A stretch of 64,000 bases of DNA, from contig CM052817.1 of NCBI GenBank assembly GCA_028534125.1, forward strand, positions 57,352,001 through 57,416,000, in the 5' to 3' direction. The DNA comes from Lama glama (Eukaryota). The position numbers were made by a program, and so were the translations under genes. Shown here one piece after another: positions 23,601-36,399 of this stretch. How positions within the stretch are numbered: the stretch's first letter is position 1; each line of letters begins with the position of its first letter. Under the pieces are notes generated by a model. That model saw only the letters and a program-made list of their open reading frames with translations, was not told the origin of the DNA and made no database searches.

Positions 23601-25443
23601 GGAGGAGTTGGCGGCCGAGGGATGCCTGGAGGGATGGGCGTAGTCTCCCCTTCTCTTTTTTTGGTGGTTTTATTTTGAGAGTTTGGTGCGTGCGCCAAGA
23701 AAGTGAGGACTACATGCCAAGTGTATATATGGAAAAGATTCCCGATTCCACAGACACTCGCATCCCCAAAGCTCACCCAGCTCGTGCTAATCGCTGGCAA
23801 ATCGATCTTCAAAAGCTGCCCCCACTCTTTTGGCAACCCAGAGTTGTCATTTTCTCTTTGTGCTTTCTTGGCTTGGGTGTATAGAGATGAAGCCAAGAGG
23901 GGAAAGAAGTTTGACGATGAGATACAAAGTAAGGACTCTCAGAGAGAAGTTAATTGTCCCACATTTAATTGGCTAGATTGTAAGAATTTTACAAATTGGA
24001 TTTCATGGTTTCTTCTTTCTTAATATTAAGGAAAATAATTCACTTACTGGAAGTTAGAGTCTGAAACAGTAATCTAACTGTCTAATTATATGTGGGCAAA
24101 AACCCCCAAACTCTTTGAAGAGTGTTTTTTAATGATGTTGTTTATGTTGTGAACCTTATGACCATTTTGTTTTTCTTTCTTGTTCCTTTTTTGCGTAATT
24201 TGTTCCCAGGATGCATTGTTCAGCAGGAATGCCTTTGAGGTTATGTTTGGTCTTTTATTTTATTCCAAACAAGTCCAACCAAGCTTGCATAAATGAAACG
24301 GGAAAATAGAGTCTGGACTTGCAAAAAAAAAAAAAAAAAAGAGGGGGCTTTTAATTCTAATGTCTGAAATAACATTTTCCATAGGCAGTAGTTTCAAGGG
24401 AAAGTTAGAAATCCAACCTTGGCAGTCCCTCTCCTGGTCTGAGCCAAGGTAGAAAAGAGAGGAGGTAGTTCTCCTGAAATGACAGAAGCAGTTGCTTCTT
24501 TAACACAGCTCAGACTTTCTCCAAGCTTTCCAAATAATTCTTTTTTTTTTTTTTAGAGTTTTTCCCAGAAGCCCAGACACTAATAGGTTATCTGTCACTG
24601 ATTTCAGAGTTCACTATTGAAAGCCTTAAATAGTGTTAACAACTTACTGTTAACTATTTATATTATCATCACCTTAAATTTAGAAAATCACAATCCAAAT
24701 AATCCGCATACTTTTCCAACAGAACCAATCATTTGTGCCTTTGGGTCTAATTTATCAGTCATGCCATGAAAAGAGAAATGTCCATAGTTTACGAATTCAT
24801 TCCAAATACTGACATTTTTCTTGCACATTCCAAGGGGAATTTTTCCCCATAGTCTTTCCAAATTCATGGAACTTGCCTTGTCAAAGCAGAAGGTTACCTC
24901 GGTGATGATTTAAGTATTGTCAGTTCTAGCCTGTAGGTAGTTTTATCCATCTTCTCTTCTGCTATTTACATCTCTAAACAATCACACAGTGCAATTATCA
25001 AATGTTGAGCTGGATAGTCATATAGAAGGAGTCACATAACTCCATTATCATGTAAACCCATCTCTGCGTCTCTCCAGACTGCAAACCCCATGAGGGTACA
25101 GACCTGGTTTTTCTTTATGTTTGGGAAAATGTTAAGAGAAATAGCATCTAAAACTGAAAACCTTGACACAAATTAGCCTTTTTTCCCCAACCTAAATTTA
25201 GAGATACGGGGTCCAGTGCCTGGGGCCCTATAGGGAGAATGCCAGAGAGAGCAGAAAAGGATGTGAGGTTCACCAGAGTACTTTTCCTCAGCAGAGATAA
25301 ATGGGACTACACCCAGATTTCCTAATAGATTTCTCCTGATTCCTGGATGTGTTTTGACAATTATAGAAGCAAACCCATCAGAGTGCCATTTAGTACTGGG
25401 GCTTTGCAAAGAGTAGGAAATACATTTCCTGGGTTCTTCCAGC

Positions 25444-25547
25444 CTTTTCTACCCTGAGAAGAAACTTGAATTATGCTTCCTCAAATATTGAGAGGGAGTG
25501 AGCATCACTTTTCTACCCTGAGAAGAAACTTGAATTATGCTTCCTCA
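25444..25547. repeat. Perfect 40-bp direct repeat (25444-25483, 25508-25547)
   Basis: CTTTTCTACCCTGAGAAGAAACTTGAATTATGCTTCCTCA occurs twice, separated by a 24-bp spacer. Confidence 0.97.
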
Positions 25548-26521
25548 TGAGCATCTCGCATGTGTCCGCACTGTGCTAGCTGCTGTGCAGCTGGGGATGC
25601 ACAAAACAGATCTGGTCTTGCTGATTAAGAAAGGATCCATACAGGTTACAAACCTACGTCTCAAAGCACTTTCCCTGGAGCCATGGAGACATTCCCCGTC
25701 TTTTCCCAGTCCCTTCTTTTCTGAAGTCACCACTTACTCACCTTCTGGGGAGAGATGCTGGTCCACTTGTTTTTTGTACCTACCTCTGTGATAAGAAGCA
25801 AAGCCATCTTTTTGAAAATCTGCATAAAAGATAATGAGTTAATAATCTCAAATCTTGAAACTGTCACCATGAATTTAGTGCCATTAGGTCTTATTGAGGT
25901 CCCTGAAGTCATGGGTAACTGGAAGAGGGGATTTGAAAATTCAGTTTAATACAAAGTTAATAGAGATGCCAAGATGTATAATAACATCTCACAGGCGGAA
26001 GAGAACATGGTGCTCCTTTATTCCATTTCTTGGTACCCCTATGTTCTTGGTCTTTTATATCTGAGCTCCATGGCAATCTCTTGGTCCCTTTGGGTCCCAC
26101 CCCCTCTTCTTCTCCCTCAAAATTAATGTTGACTTGTGGAATCAGAATTCATTCTTAAGGGTCTCCCTTGTTAATACTTTTAGGACCAAGTTAAAACTAC
26201 TTAGCAAGGCATACGAGGCTCTTCACAATAACTCTTATTTTGGCCTCTTCTCTCCAACCCCCTTTATGGTCCACAATAATTGTTCGCTCTTTGCTGTTGT
26301 TTGCAATCACACCCTCACTTTCCTTTCCCCGCTTTGAACCTTAGCCTTCAAGGATCAGCTGATGCCACCTTCCCTGGGAAGCCCCTTGACTCTCTCCCCA
26401 CCACCTGCCATAATGATGTCCTTGTCCTTCTTCAGCTCAGTGTAGGCTTCCAGCCATTATTTTATATATTCTGATTCTGCTTATACATTTTTTGTTGGGG
26501 GGTGGAGGGTGTTACTTTTTT

Positions 26522-27350
26522 AAATCTATTTTTCATTAGGATAACATTGGTTTATAACATTACATAAGTTTCACTTGACATGTACAGCATTATATTTCTT
26601 CTTCTGTACACCTGACAGGGTGCTCACCACTAAAAATTTTGTTTCCATCTGTCACCATGCAGTTGACCCCCTTTATCAATTTTGCCATCCACCCCATCCC
26701 CTCTGGTGACCTGTCTACATGTTGGTTTTTGTTTGGTTTGGTTTGTTCACTTATTTTTGTTTTTTGGTTTTTTTTTATTCCACATATAATTTAAATCATT
26801 TCTCCTTCTGACTTATTTCACTTGGAACAATACCCTCAAGATCCATCCATGTTGTTGCAAATGACAAGATTTCATCTTTTTCATGGCGGAATAGCTTTCC
26901 ATTGAATACATATACCACATGTTTATCCAGTCATCCATCACTGGGCACTCGGGTTGTTTCTGTATCTTGGCAATTGTAAATAATGCTGTGATGAACACAG
27001 TGGTGCATATATCTTTTCAAATTAGTGCTTTTGTATTCTTTGGGTAAATAGCCAGAAGTACGATAGCTGAGTAGTTCTATGCTTAATTTTTTGAGGAATA
27101 TCTATACTGTTTTCCACAGTAGCTGCACCAGTTTACATTCCCACCAACAGTGCACGAGGGTTTCCTTTTATCCACATCCTCACCAACACTTGTTATGGCT
27201 TTTTGGTAATAGCCATTCTGACAGGCGTGAAGTCATATCTCATTGTGGTTTTGATGAGCATTTCCCTAATAATTAGTGATGTTGAACATCCTTCTTATGC
27301 CTATTGGCCATCTGTATGTATTTTTGTTTGGAAAAATATCTATTCATCTC
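26522..27350 (-). mobile_element. 5'-truncated L1 (ORF2 end and 3' UTR)
   Basis: Minus ORF 26813-26998 MFITALFTIAKIQKQPECPVMDDWI is the L1 ORF2 C-terminus. Confidence 0.93.
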
Positions 27351-27404
27351 CTCTGCCTTCCAGCCACTTCTTCAACAGTATTTACTGCACATGTAACATG
27401 TATA

Positions 27405-27750
27405 TATGAGAAGTGGCCTTGGAGCAGAATAGTTAAGACACTGAGTTCTAGAACCAGACTCTCTGGGTGTGGTAACTTAGCCTTGAGCAAGTTCCATGAC
27501 CTCTCTGGACCTGGGTTTCCTCACCTGTAATACAGGGATTATAATCATACCTGTCCTGTAGAACTGTGAAGATTCAGTGTGAAAGTTATCCGTAGAAAAC
27601 ACTCAATGAATATTCATTGCTCTCATTATTTCAACTTGAAATTAAGCTCCTTAAGGGAAGGGAATTTTTGCTCCCTGTTCTGTTCTCAAAGGCCTAGATC
27701 AGTGCCTGGCACTAGCAGATTAAACATATGTTGAATGGATGAATGAATTT
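27405..27750 (+). mobile_element. MIR followed by L2 3' end
   Basis: CCTTGAGCAAGTTCCATGACCTCTCTGGACCTGGGTTTCCTCACCTGTAA (MIR); CAGTGCCTGGCAC...TGTTGAATGGATGAATGAAT (L2 tail). Confidence 0.75.
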
Positions 27751-28571
27751 GTCAGGCACTCTTCTAGTCCCAGGGTAGGCAGCCTTGAATAAGATAGACA
27801 AGATCCCTCTCTTGTGGCATTTACTGTAAGTTTTAGACAGAAACAAGTAAACATATTTTCACGTAGTAGTGTGCGCTGTGAAGAATGTGCACCAGGGAGT
27901 AGGACAGAGACTAGGGATGGATGAGCCATGGTAGGTGGGTGGGCCGAGCCATGCTGAGGACCTTGTGAGGATTTCTGCAAAGGGAGCAGAGCTCCTGAGG
28001 GGACATAGAGCTCTTCCAGTTAGTGTAGCACCTTCCACAGCCTCCAAAGGGTTCTCTGAATGTCTGTCTTCCTCTCAGGACCAGCAGCATCCTAAAAGAG
28101 GGACTCCGTCTTCCTATTCTTTATAAACTCAATGACTGGCTAATAGTTGGACACTTTCTAAATATTTGTTGACGAAATGCAGGAATCCTCTTAAGAAAGT
28201 GCCTTCTCGTTGGAAACCAGGCAGTGGACTCTTCTGCCTGTCTGCCTTCTATTCTCGCTGCGTCTTCTGCCTGCCTGATGTGTGAGCCAGGGAGTGCATC
28301 GGACATTGGCTCGCCTTCCCATCCTCTGCTGTTCTGAACTCTAACATTAGATGGTCACTTTCCCCCTCAAATCCCATTTCCACATCTTCTTGCTGGTTAG
28401 AATTAGGTTGAGAGCAACAGAAACCATTCTGTAAATGGGAAAAGCTTCAGTAAAGATTTTGATATTCAGAAACGCATTTTATTTGATGAATTTTAAACAT
28501 TTGTTTTTCGAGAAGTTCATTTGAGGCTCATTGTTCTGTTGGTAATGTATCATTTAAATTCCCATGTTCTA

Positions 28572-28674
28572 GTGCTCGCTTTGGCTGCACATATACTAAA
28601 ACTGAAACGATAACAGAGAAGATTAGGGTGGCCCCAGCACAAGGATGACACGCAAATACGTGAAGTGTTCCGTA
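28572..28674 (+). pseudogene. Retroposed full-length U6 snRNA pseudogene with A-rich tail and TSD
   Basis: GTGCTCGCTTTGGCTGCACATATACTAAAA...ACAGAGAAGATTAG...AAGGATGACACGCAAAT...GTTCCGTA aligns to U6. A-rich tail at 28675-28700. 17-bp TSD at 28555-28571 and 28697-28713 (2 mismatches). Confidence 0.95.
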
Positions 28675-28749
28675 AGAAGAAATAAATAAATAAAAATAAA
28701 TGCCCGTGTTCTACTACTATCCTTCAATGAATTTATGAATTTATAATAT

Positions 28750-29525
28750 TGTGATTTATAATAAGAAGTATATACTTGACCTTCATTCAATTCCTCCCAC
28801 ATATTTCCCTAAAACCTGTGGAATTTTCTGAGTATTACAAGCAGATGAAGGTGTCTTTTGTTATGTTGGTGAGGTGACTTTCGGAAAGCCCCTAGGTCAC
28901 CTCAGGGTGGGGGCTGGTTGCCAGTGGAGCCAACCATGGGATTAGTGGATTGGCGCTTTCAGTCTTGCCCCAGACCCCCTAACCTCCCGGGGGAGGAGAG
29001 GGGCTGGAGATTGAGTTCAGTCACCAATGACTGAATGATTTCATCAATTGTGCCTATGTAATGAAGCCTCTATAAAACCCCAAAGGACTGGTCAGGAGAG
29101 CCCCCAGGCTGGTGAACACGTGGAGATGCTGGGAGAGTGACTCGCTCTGAGAGCGTGGAAGCTCTAGGCTCCTTTCCCCACACCTTGCCCTGAGCACCTC
29201 TTCATCTGGCTGCTCTTGCGTCACATCCTTTTATAATAAACCAGTAAGCCAGTAAGTAAAATGTTTCTCTGAGTTCTGTGAGCCTCTGTAGCAAATTAAT
29301 TGAACTTCTAATTTGTGGCCAGTCTGTCAGAAACACATATGACAACCTGAACTTGTGATTGGGGTCTGAATTGGGTGGAGGGGGTAGTCCTGTTGGACTG
29401 AGCCCTTAACCTGTGTGATCTCTCTCCAGGTAGCATCAGAATTGAGTTGAATTGTAGGATGCCCAGCTGGTGTCAGGGAGTTACTTGGTGGTGTGGGGAA
29501 AAACACACCATTGTAACTGGTGTCA
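28750..29525 (+). mobile_element. MER21-like LTR
   Basis: TGTGATTTATAATAAGAAG start; GGGGCTGGTTGCCAG; TATAAAA near 29071; AATAAA near 29235; GTTTCTCTGAGTTCTGTGAGCC; AGAATTGAGTTGAATTGTAGGA. Confidence 0.8.
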
Positions 29526-32095
29526 AAATTGTAGAGCTTCATTGAAATTTGAAACAAGGGTTCCAGGACTGAATGAAATTATTCTGGTCTGATTTATCTT
29601 GGGTAGGGGTAGGGGGTGCAAGTCAGGGCAACACTTTGCTAAATTAACATAATGATGCCACAGAGATGGTCAGGGAGCACAGAGGAGGGGGATCCTTAAC
29701 CCAGATTTGTGGAGAAAGAGCCTGAAATGAATTCCTGGAAGAATGGGGTCCTCCCTGAGGTGGGGGTAAGAAGGAATTGGCTGGAGATGAGGCTGGAGGT
29801 TGGGATGGAGTTAGGGGGGATGAGAAGAGCATTCTGGGCAGAAGGAATAGCACGTGGTTCCATGGGGCTGCCTCGCAGGGAGGGAGGGCAGAGGTGGCAG
29901 CTGGACACTGAACAGAGCCCAGTGATGGAGGGCTAATTAAGAAGTTTAGATGCTGTCACAGCATCTGTTGAGTGATATAATTGGATTTGTGCTTTTTAAA
30001 CGTCTCTGTTGGCTTCCCTGAGGAGGATGGATTGAAAGGGGGCAAGACTGCAGAGACTTCCGTTAGGAAGCTGTTACTACAACCCGGGCAAGAGATGCTA
30101 GCTAGGCTCCTTCCTCACAGGACCTCTGGTTTCTCTCTCAAATCTTAGAAGCATTGTCAAACCTGGGTTCCCAGCCTGCCACGGCAAGCTGTTACTTGGA
30201 AGTGAGAAGCCAGTACCGCGCTGTGTTCTTACTAAATGACCCCTCACAAAGTGCCCTCGTTAGCCAGCCCTGCTTCTGAATTACAGCCACTTGATCATCT
30301 CAGCAAGCTCTTCCTCCTGTAATCCCCATTCCTCTTTATCTCTCCCCTTGCGGATCAGAAACAGAAAAAGTCACATCTCGAAGAGTCTACCCCACCTCAA
30401 TAGAAATGCTTTAAAAAACTTTTCCTGGCCTCAGTTGCCGTTAATTGCACACAGAAAGTTCTAGAAAGTTGAGTAAGTCACTGGTTCTTTCTTATCCCTT
30501 TACCCAGTTTTAATCACCGCATCTTAGGAAAGATTTGAAAACCTGAGGAAGCTTTAGAAAAGAAAACAAGCAGCCTTGAAGAAGGGTCTTAAAGGACTTA
30601 AGATTCTTTTCAAGGAAAGTAACCCAAAGAACAAGTAAATGTTTCTTCATGGTTTGGGAATTAGTTATTAAATGGAAGGTGCCTGACCTACTGTTCTACA
30701 GTTCTTCAGGAGACAAATTAACAGTCCTAGAACCACACAGCCACAAGGCACATTTCGATTACACTCCAGGAAGAACTTGCAGTAAAAACTGTTGAATTCT
30801 GTGATGTGCTCGTGTGGGAGTCAGGTGAATTATGTTTCGAAGATTCTCTTTTTGTGGAGCTAGAGAGCACCGAAGGGAGGAGGGGAAGCGTCTAAGAGAG
30901 GATGTTAAAACTTGAGGCCTTTTACATGCTGGACCTGAGATGGAGGGATTGAGCTGAGCAGGCATTTGTTTGATGTGGTTTGTTACTTGGGAGTGAGAAG
31001 CCCATCTTTCTCTAGGGCCTGCCCTTAGGGTTTGTCTTAGACTTGCCTTCTAGGAGAAGCTGCCTTATAAGGCTCTCTTTTGCTTAGGGACAGAACTCCC
31101 CTGGACGGAGTCCAAGGCCAGCCAGCCTTCCAGTGTTCTGAATTCCTCCCCACAGTGGATAAGATAATGGTGCTTCCTTTACCTCAGGCTACCCCACAAA
31201 TGATCTTACCTCATCTGTGTTTTTAATTGTAAGACAAATAACATCTTGTTTTTAGCAACTGTTTAAAATGAAAAAACAAAAAACCTGAATTACTGTCAAA
31301 AGAACTTTGAAGCCGGGGCATATGAGTGTGCCCTTTTTTGTAATTTAGATCCAGGACTACACTGTTGGAAAGCTTGGAGATGAAAGAAGACTTAGGAGTA
31401 TGTAAGTGAATGAGTCTAGCTATTTTAGGCAATTTTAAAGATTTCCCAGTGAGTCCTTTACTCCTTATGAGGCACGTGGGAGAGCGGGAGGGACTTTAGA
31501 AATATCTAAGGAAAGCTTTCCCAAGCCTGATCTGTGTGGAGTTTTCAGGCTGATCAAGGCCACCACCCCATGAAGCCTGCAAGAGAAAGGAGGTCAGGAG
31601 AAGAGAGCCAGGGTTGATAATGGAGGGAGGGATGTTTATTTTTGACTTAAAATTAATGTGTTGAACTCTGTTAAAATTGATAGTTGAACTCTGTTTTATC
31701 CCAAGCTGGATTAATGTCAGAATGGTCTGGTGCCTTTGAAAAAGCTAACTTGTTGAATTGACTTAACCATCCTACAGAGGTTGATCAGAAACTGCTGGAG
31801 CAGCAATACCCAGCTCCCTTCCTTCCTCAGTGCCTCTACCGAGCAGTGGGTCACCAGAGAGAGGAGCCAGCCATGAAATCTCCTGGGCCCCAAAGCAGGT
31901 CAGGGTTACAAAATTTTGTATCTGGAAAGTATGGAAGGTTTAGACCAGGTAAAATAGACCTAGTAACCCAGTGTTGACAAAGCCCCATTCATATGGGGTG
32001 AAGTTACTTACAGTAAGAGTGTTGGCAAGGACCAACCAATGTGTTCAAAGTAGAGTTTACCACTATGAAAAAAGCAACCCCTTCAAAATGTTGGG

Positions 32096-32152
32096 ATTAT
32101 ATATATATATAATATATATTATGTTATAATATATATAATATATATATATAAT
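32096..32152. repeat. (TA)n-like low-complexity tract
   Basis: About 57 bp that is almost entirely A/T. Confidence 0.9.
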
Positions 32153-32334
32153 AAACAAAGGCACAGTTTAGTCTACCTACTTCAGAGGATTGTTGCAAAG
32201 GTCAAATTATAGAATAGGTATGACATCACTGTGCAGAACTGTGCAGCATCAGGTAATGTAAAGGACCATTACCGACTAGACTGTAAACTCCTTTGGGGCC
32301 AGAACTCTGCATAGTGCCTTGTGGGGTGTGATAA

Positions 32335-32525
32335 TGATAACTGAGGCTTGTATTGTACTTTATGGTACTTTACAGTTACTGAGGGTTTCTGGGGATGTTT
32401 CCTTAGAAACCTCACAACAGCCTTGGAAGGTAAGGGGAATTAACATCCCAGTTTCCAAATGAGGAACTGAAGGTCGGCCATCGCGGACTAGCTGTGTTAC
32501 TAGTTCTGGTACGTAAATCTGGGTG
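32335..32525 (-). mobile_element. MIR fragment
   Basis: CCTCACAACAGCCTTGGAAGGTA...CCCAGTTTCCAAATGAGGAACTGAAG. Confidence 0.6.
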
Positions 32526-34839
32526 TTCTGCTGCAGCCTTGCTGGTCACAGTGTGGCCCAGAGACCAGCAGCATCTGTATTACTGTCTCTCTCTTCTGTA
32601 AGCCTAAAATTATTTCAAAATTAACAGCTTAAAACAAAGGTGACTCACGGAAGTCAAACTCTTGGGTATGAAAAAGCATTAGGAGTATCTTAAAGAATTT
32701 ATCTTGCTTCTGTTTTCTTTTTGGTGCATTGACAAGGGGGGTGAATGACACATTCCTCTCTAAATCACTCTAATTAGCCTAAAAAAGAAATTATATATGA
32801 TAACAAAGTTGATGTCATCGTTTAATTGGCTTTTGTGGTGATGTGGTATGCCTTGTAATGTCATACTACATTCAGGGAAAGGCGGTATGTCTTACATGAA
32901 TGAACGTGTCTGAGCGGCCTTCATACAGATCCCTGAGCCCAGTCTATCATCAGCCCTTCCCAGCCCTTGGCGATCTGAGAGCCAGTCTCCTTAACTGCAG
33001 CCAAGAGTCTCTTGAACGGCTTGTGTGCTAGGGGCAGCTGACATGACTGTTTTCCCAAGCAGGACCTCTTGGGACGTAACGTCTGTGTGTGGTGTTTGAT
33101 CATTGCCGGGCCTTTCTGGAAACTCCGAATAGGGTATAGGAGAAAATCACTAAGATAACCGTCAACACACTCAAGCGTGTGCTTTCACCGGAGGTTTTAG
33201 CCCTTAGTGCTGACTGAGGCCTGCCCCCAGCACGGAACCATCAGTATTCCTGGCTGGGAACACAATATTTACTCCACATTTAAGCTGTAGTTCATTGTAG
33301 GGCTACTCTCTTGAGGGAATTTGCATTTATAGGATTTGAAGCATATTTTTGTCCATCAGGTGACCACTTGCAGAAGAGGGAAAAATCTATGTAGGAGTTT
33401 GAGAACTCAATTAAGTGTAATCTATTTTGACTTTGTGAGAGAAATAAAAAGAGCACTTTAATATTTTAGCAGGCAGAAGTGCAGCTGACTCCAGTCACCC
33501 TGTTCTTTCATGTTGTTTTTCTTGAAGAAGGGATATCTCCAGCTCTCTTGGAGGCTTGTCTTTTTCCCTGAGTGAGAAAAGCTCAAAGGCATTTCATTTA
33601 CATCACGGCAGATTAGCAGGCTGGTGGTCAAGTGTTTGAATCGGGAAAGCTTCAGATCTAACATGTGTTCAACTCTCTTCTGGCCTGACCCCAAGCAAGG
33701 GAGAAAAATTTATCAAGAAATAGATCTTCTGGAACCTTCAGAAGGTTTTGAAAGAGACCACACAGAAATGCGGCTTTAGGAATTTGTCGGGATAGCCCAA
33801 GCCTGCGGGATACAGAGCCCGCTCCTTCTCTGTGGGAGCTTTCAGAACTTTCTGCTCAGGGAACAGAAAGCCAAAAGTGAATTTCAATAGCAGCTGCAGC
33901 AATTACACCGCAATCCTGGCTTCCAAAGGACCCGCCTGGGGAAGCCAGAGCGTGTGATGGAGAGTGAAGTGCTTCAGCGGCAGCGCAGCTCTGCGTTAGA
34001 GGAGGCGAGGCGAGGCGAGGGGACCTTGCAGCGAGGCTGCTTGTTAGAGACGCTCAGCCCAGCTGGAGAGGGCAGGCTGGGGCAGAGATCAGGACGCTGC
34101 CTGAGTTTTGACAGGTGAGGGCTGGGGAGCCGGAGGCCCCTCTCCACTCAGGTGTGTCTCACATCAGAGCTGCAGCGCAGGAGGCAGGAGCCGATCCAGC
34201 TTGGCTCTTTCTGCACCACTGAGCCTTTGGTTCACTGGAAGATCACTGTCAGGGCAGGGGCAGGCCTGTTCAGGACCCAGTCGTGATGTGGGCAAGTTAG
34301 CGGCCCCCTGCCTCATTCCTGCCTCATCTGAGCCCTCTTTCTTTTCACCTGCTCTGCCTGGCCTGTCATTACTCACGGCCCCTTTCTCCTGTCTGACTGA
34401 GCTCAAAGAAATGTGGTTTCCTTTCTCCACCTCCCAGCCCTTTCTTACAGAGCCTGGCCAGCAACTTTATAACCAGTGAGCTCTACTCAGTCTGCCCCTA
34501 GACTCAGCAGCCACCTCCTGGCTTCCCCCATAAGAGAGTGAATGAAAAAACGCTTGGCCTGCCACCCCCATAAGGCAGCCAGTTCAGTACACATCAGCCA
34601 GAGATGACTGTCCCTTCTTTTCTTGATACTCCTTTGGGATGAAGTTTTTTTCAGATGTCCTAGGATCCTAATCCACTCCATGTATCAGAACAAAACCCTG
34701 TGGCCCCTCTTAGGTCCAGTCCAGGGAATGGGGGAGACAGTCACCCCGCTGGTGACCATGAGTTTCTCAGGTCCCCAGAGCTGACTCTTGTGACTGTGCT
34801 GGTCACCCAACGGCCAGAACTTGGCTGGTATGTGTGAGA

Positions 34840-35062
34840 AAATGGCAGAGTGGTTAAGGGAGTGAGGTTTGGACTCAGACCACCTGAATCAGATTCCTCT
34901 CTGCCGCTTAACTGTTCATGTGACCCTAACCTCCTTGATTCAGAGTTTTCTTACTTGCAAAACAAGTGTAATAATAGTATCTGCCACTTAGGGTCATTGG
35001 GGACTTAAATGAGTTACATGAAAAGCACTGGTACCTGGCATATAGTAAAGTCTCATTGAATG
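34840..35062 (+). mobile_element. MIR SINE
   Basis: AGAGTGGTTAAG...CAGACCACCTG...TGTGACCCTAACCTC...ACTTGCAAAA...CCTGGCATATAGTAA. Confidence 0.75.
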
Positions 35063-36399
35063 CTGTTTCGTTTCAATTTTTATTGCTGTTAGCATCATAA
35101 ACCCTGGTATGAGTTAGTTTACAAGTGCCTTGAGTGTGACATGTTGATGTCTTACTTTGACCAATCCGAATGTAATATGGCCTTATTTATCTCCAGGTTA
35201 GATCTAAAACCTGTGTTTAAATCTGTGCAAACAAAATAGCAGGATAATATTCTTATAAACAAACCTCTGGAAACTTCCACCTAGCTCTCGTTCTTGCTCT
35301 TCAAGGATTCCAGGACAGAGTCCTGCTCCATCTGGGAGAGATTCCAGAGTCCAAATGCAGATAGTCACATGGGAACCACCCAGGCTGCTGGCCAGGGGGG
35401 TTGCTTTGCTTTTACAGCACGGAATATGTCCATCTTCAAGCTCAGGTCACACACATTGTTTTCTAGTAATACCTTTTACGGATGGGACATTTTGGATTCA
35501 AAGGACACTCAAATTCAGTAATTACTGGTCTGTTTCTTCCCTGCATATGTTGGAAATGTTTGGGGTTTTGTTGGCTCGTCTCATTTTTGAAAAATATTGG
35601 AGATATTCCAAAGAGGAATGTGAACCAAAATCAGAGCTTGGCAGAGGAAGAGTATGATTAGTATCCATTAAGTACATATGGGGCATTATCCTCGACTTTT
35701 AGAGATTTTTTTGGTGGAAATAATAAAGTCTTTTGCTTGCACTTCATGTGTCTCTTTTTTGGCTTTCACATGTAGCCTTAGCTTAGCAGGAACTCTTTTT
35801 TAAAACTCAGATTTTCAACTATAAACGGGCATATTTAGAATCATGATGGTACCCACTGAGGCTGGTTCTTTGCATCCATCTGAAAAATGCTAACACCCAC
35901 CTCCCGGTATAGGGTGGAGAGCAGAAGAGCTGAGGGTGTGGAGAAGAGATAGAAGAAGCTGGATAACCTTTCAGATTCCCCAGCATCAGCAGTTAGGAAA
36001 TTGGTTTGCTTGTGATCTGGGTTTCCCATATGATTTAATGTCCAGGCCAGGTTCAGAACCACTGATCTAAAAAGACTTCCCTTGGGATAATTATAATAAT
36101 GATGGGTCAATTTCAGCTCAGTTGATCCAGTTCTCGTGTTCCACAGCAGGACGATTTTTCAGAACATCTAGTACACCAGAGGAAGTAGAAGCCAGAGAAA
36201 ACATGGTCACTTGATACAGTGCACACGGCGTGGTGCTTTGACTGCTTCTTATCTCCTTGACTGTCTCAGTGCGGTTATCTGAATCCTACAGAAAGAAAAT
36301 ATTTCTACCTCTATCTGACTTGTTGATATTAATAACAGTTTAAATACCACAGTACTTAATTCACCTAAATCCATGCAATCCAATCTTTCAATCATGTCT

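Noticed and set aside
22596..23896. Long overlapping ORFs (175-308 aa, both strands) around exon 1
   Set aside because: Shadow ORFs of a GC-rich CpG island that has few stop codons. They are Ala/Arg/Gly/Pro-rich with no recognisable domains.
25444..25547. Repeat-spacer-repeat layout resembling a minimal CRISPR array
   Set aside because: Only two units, in mammalian intronic DNA, with no cas genes; a local duplication explains it.
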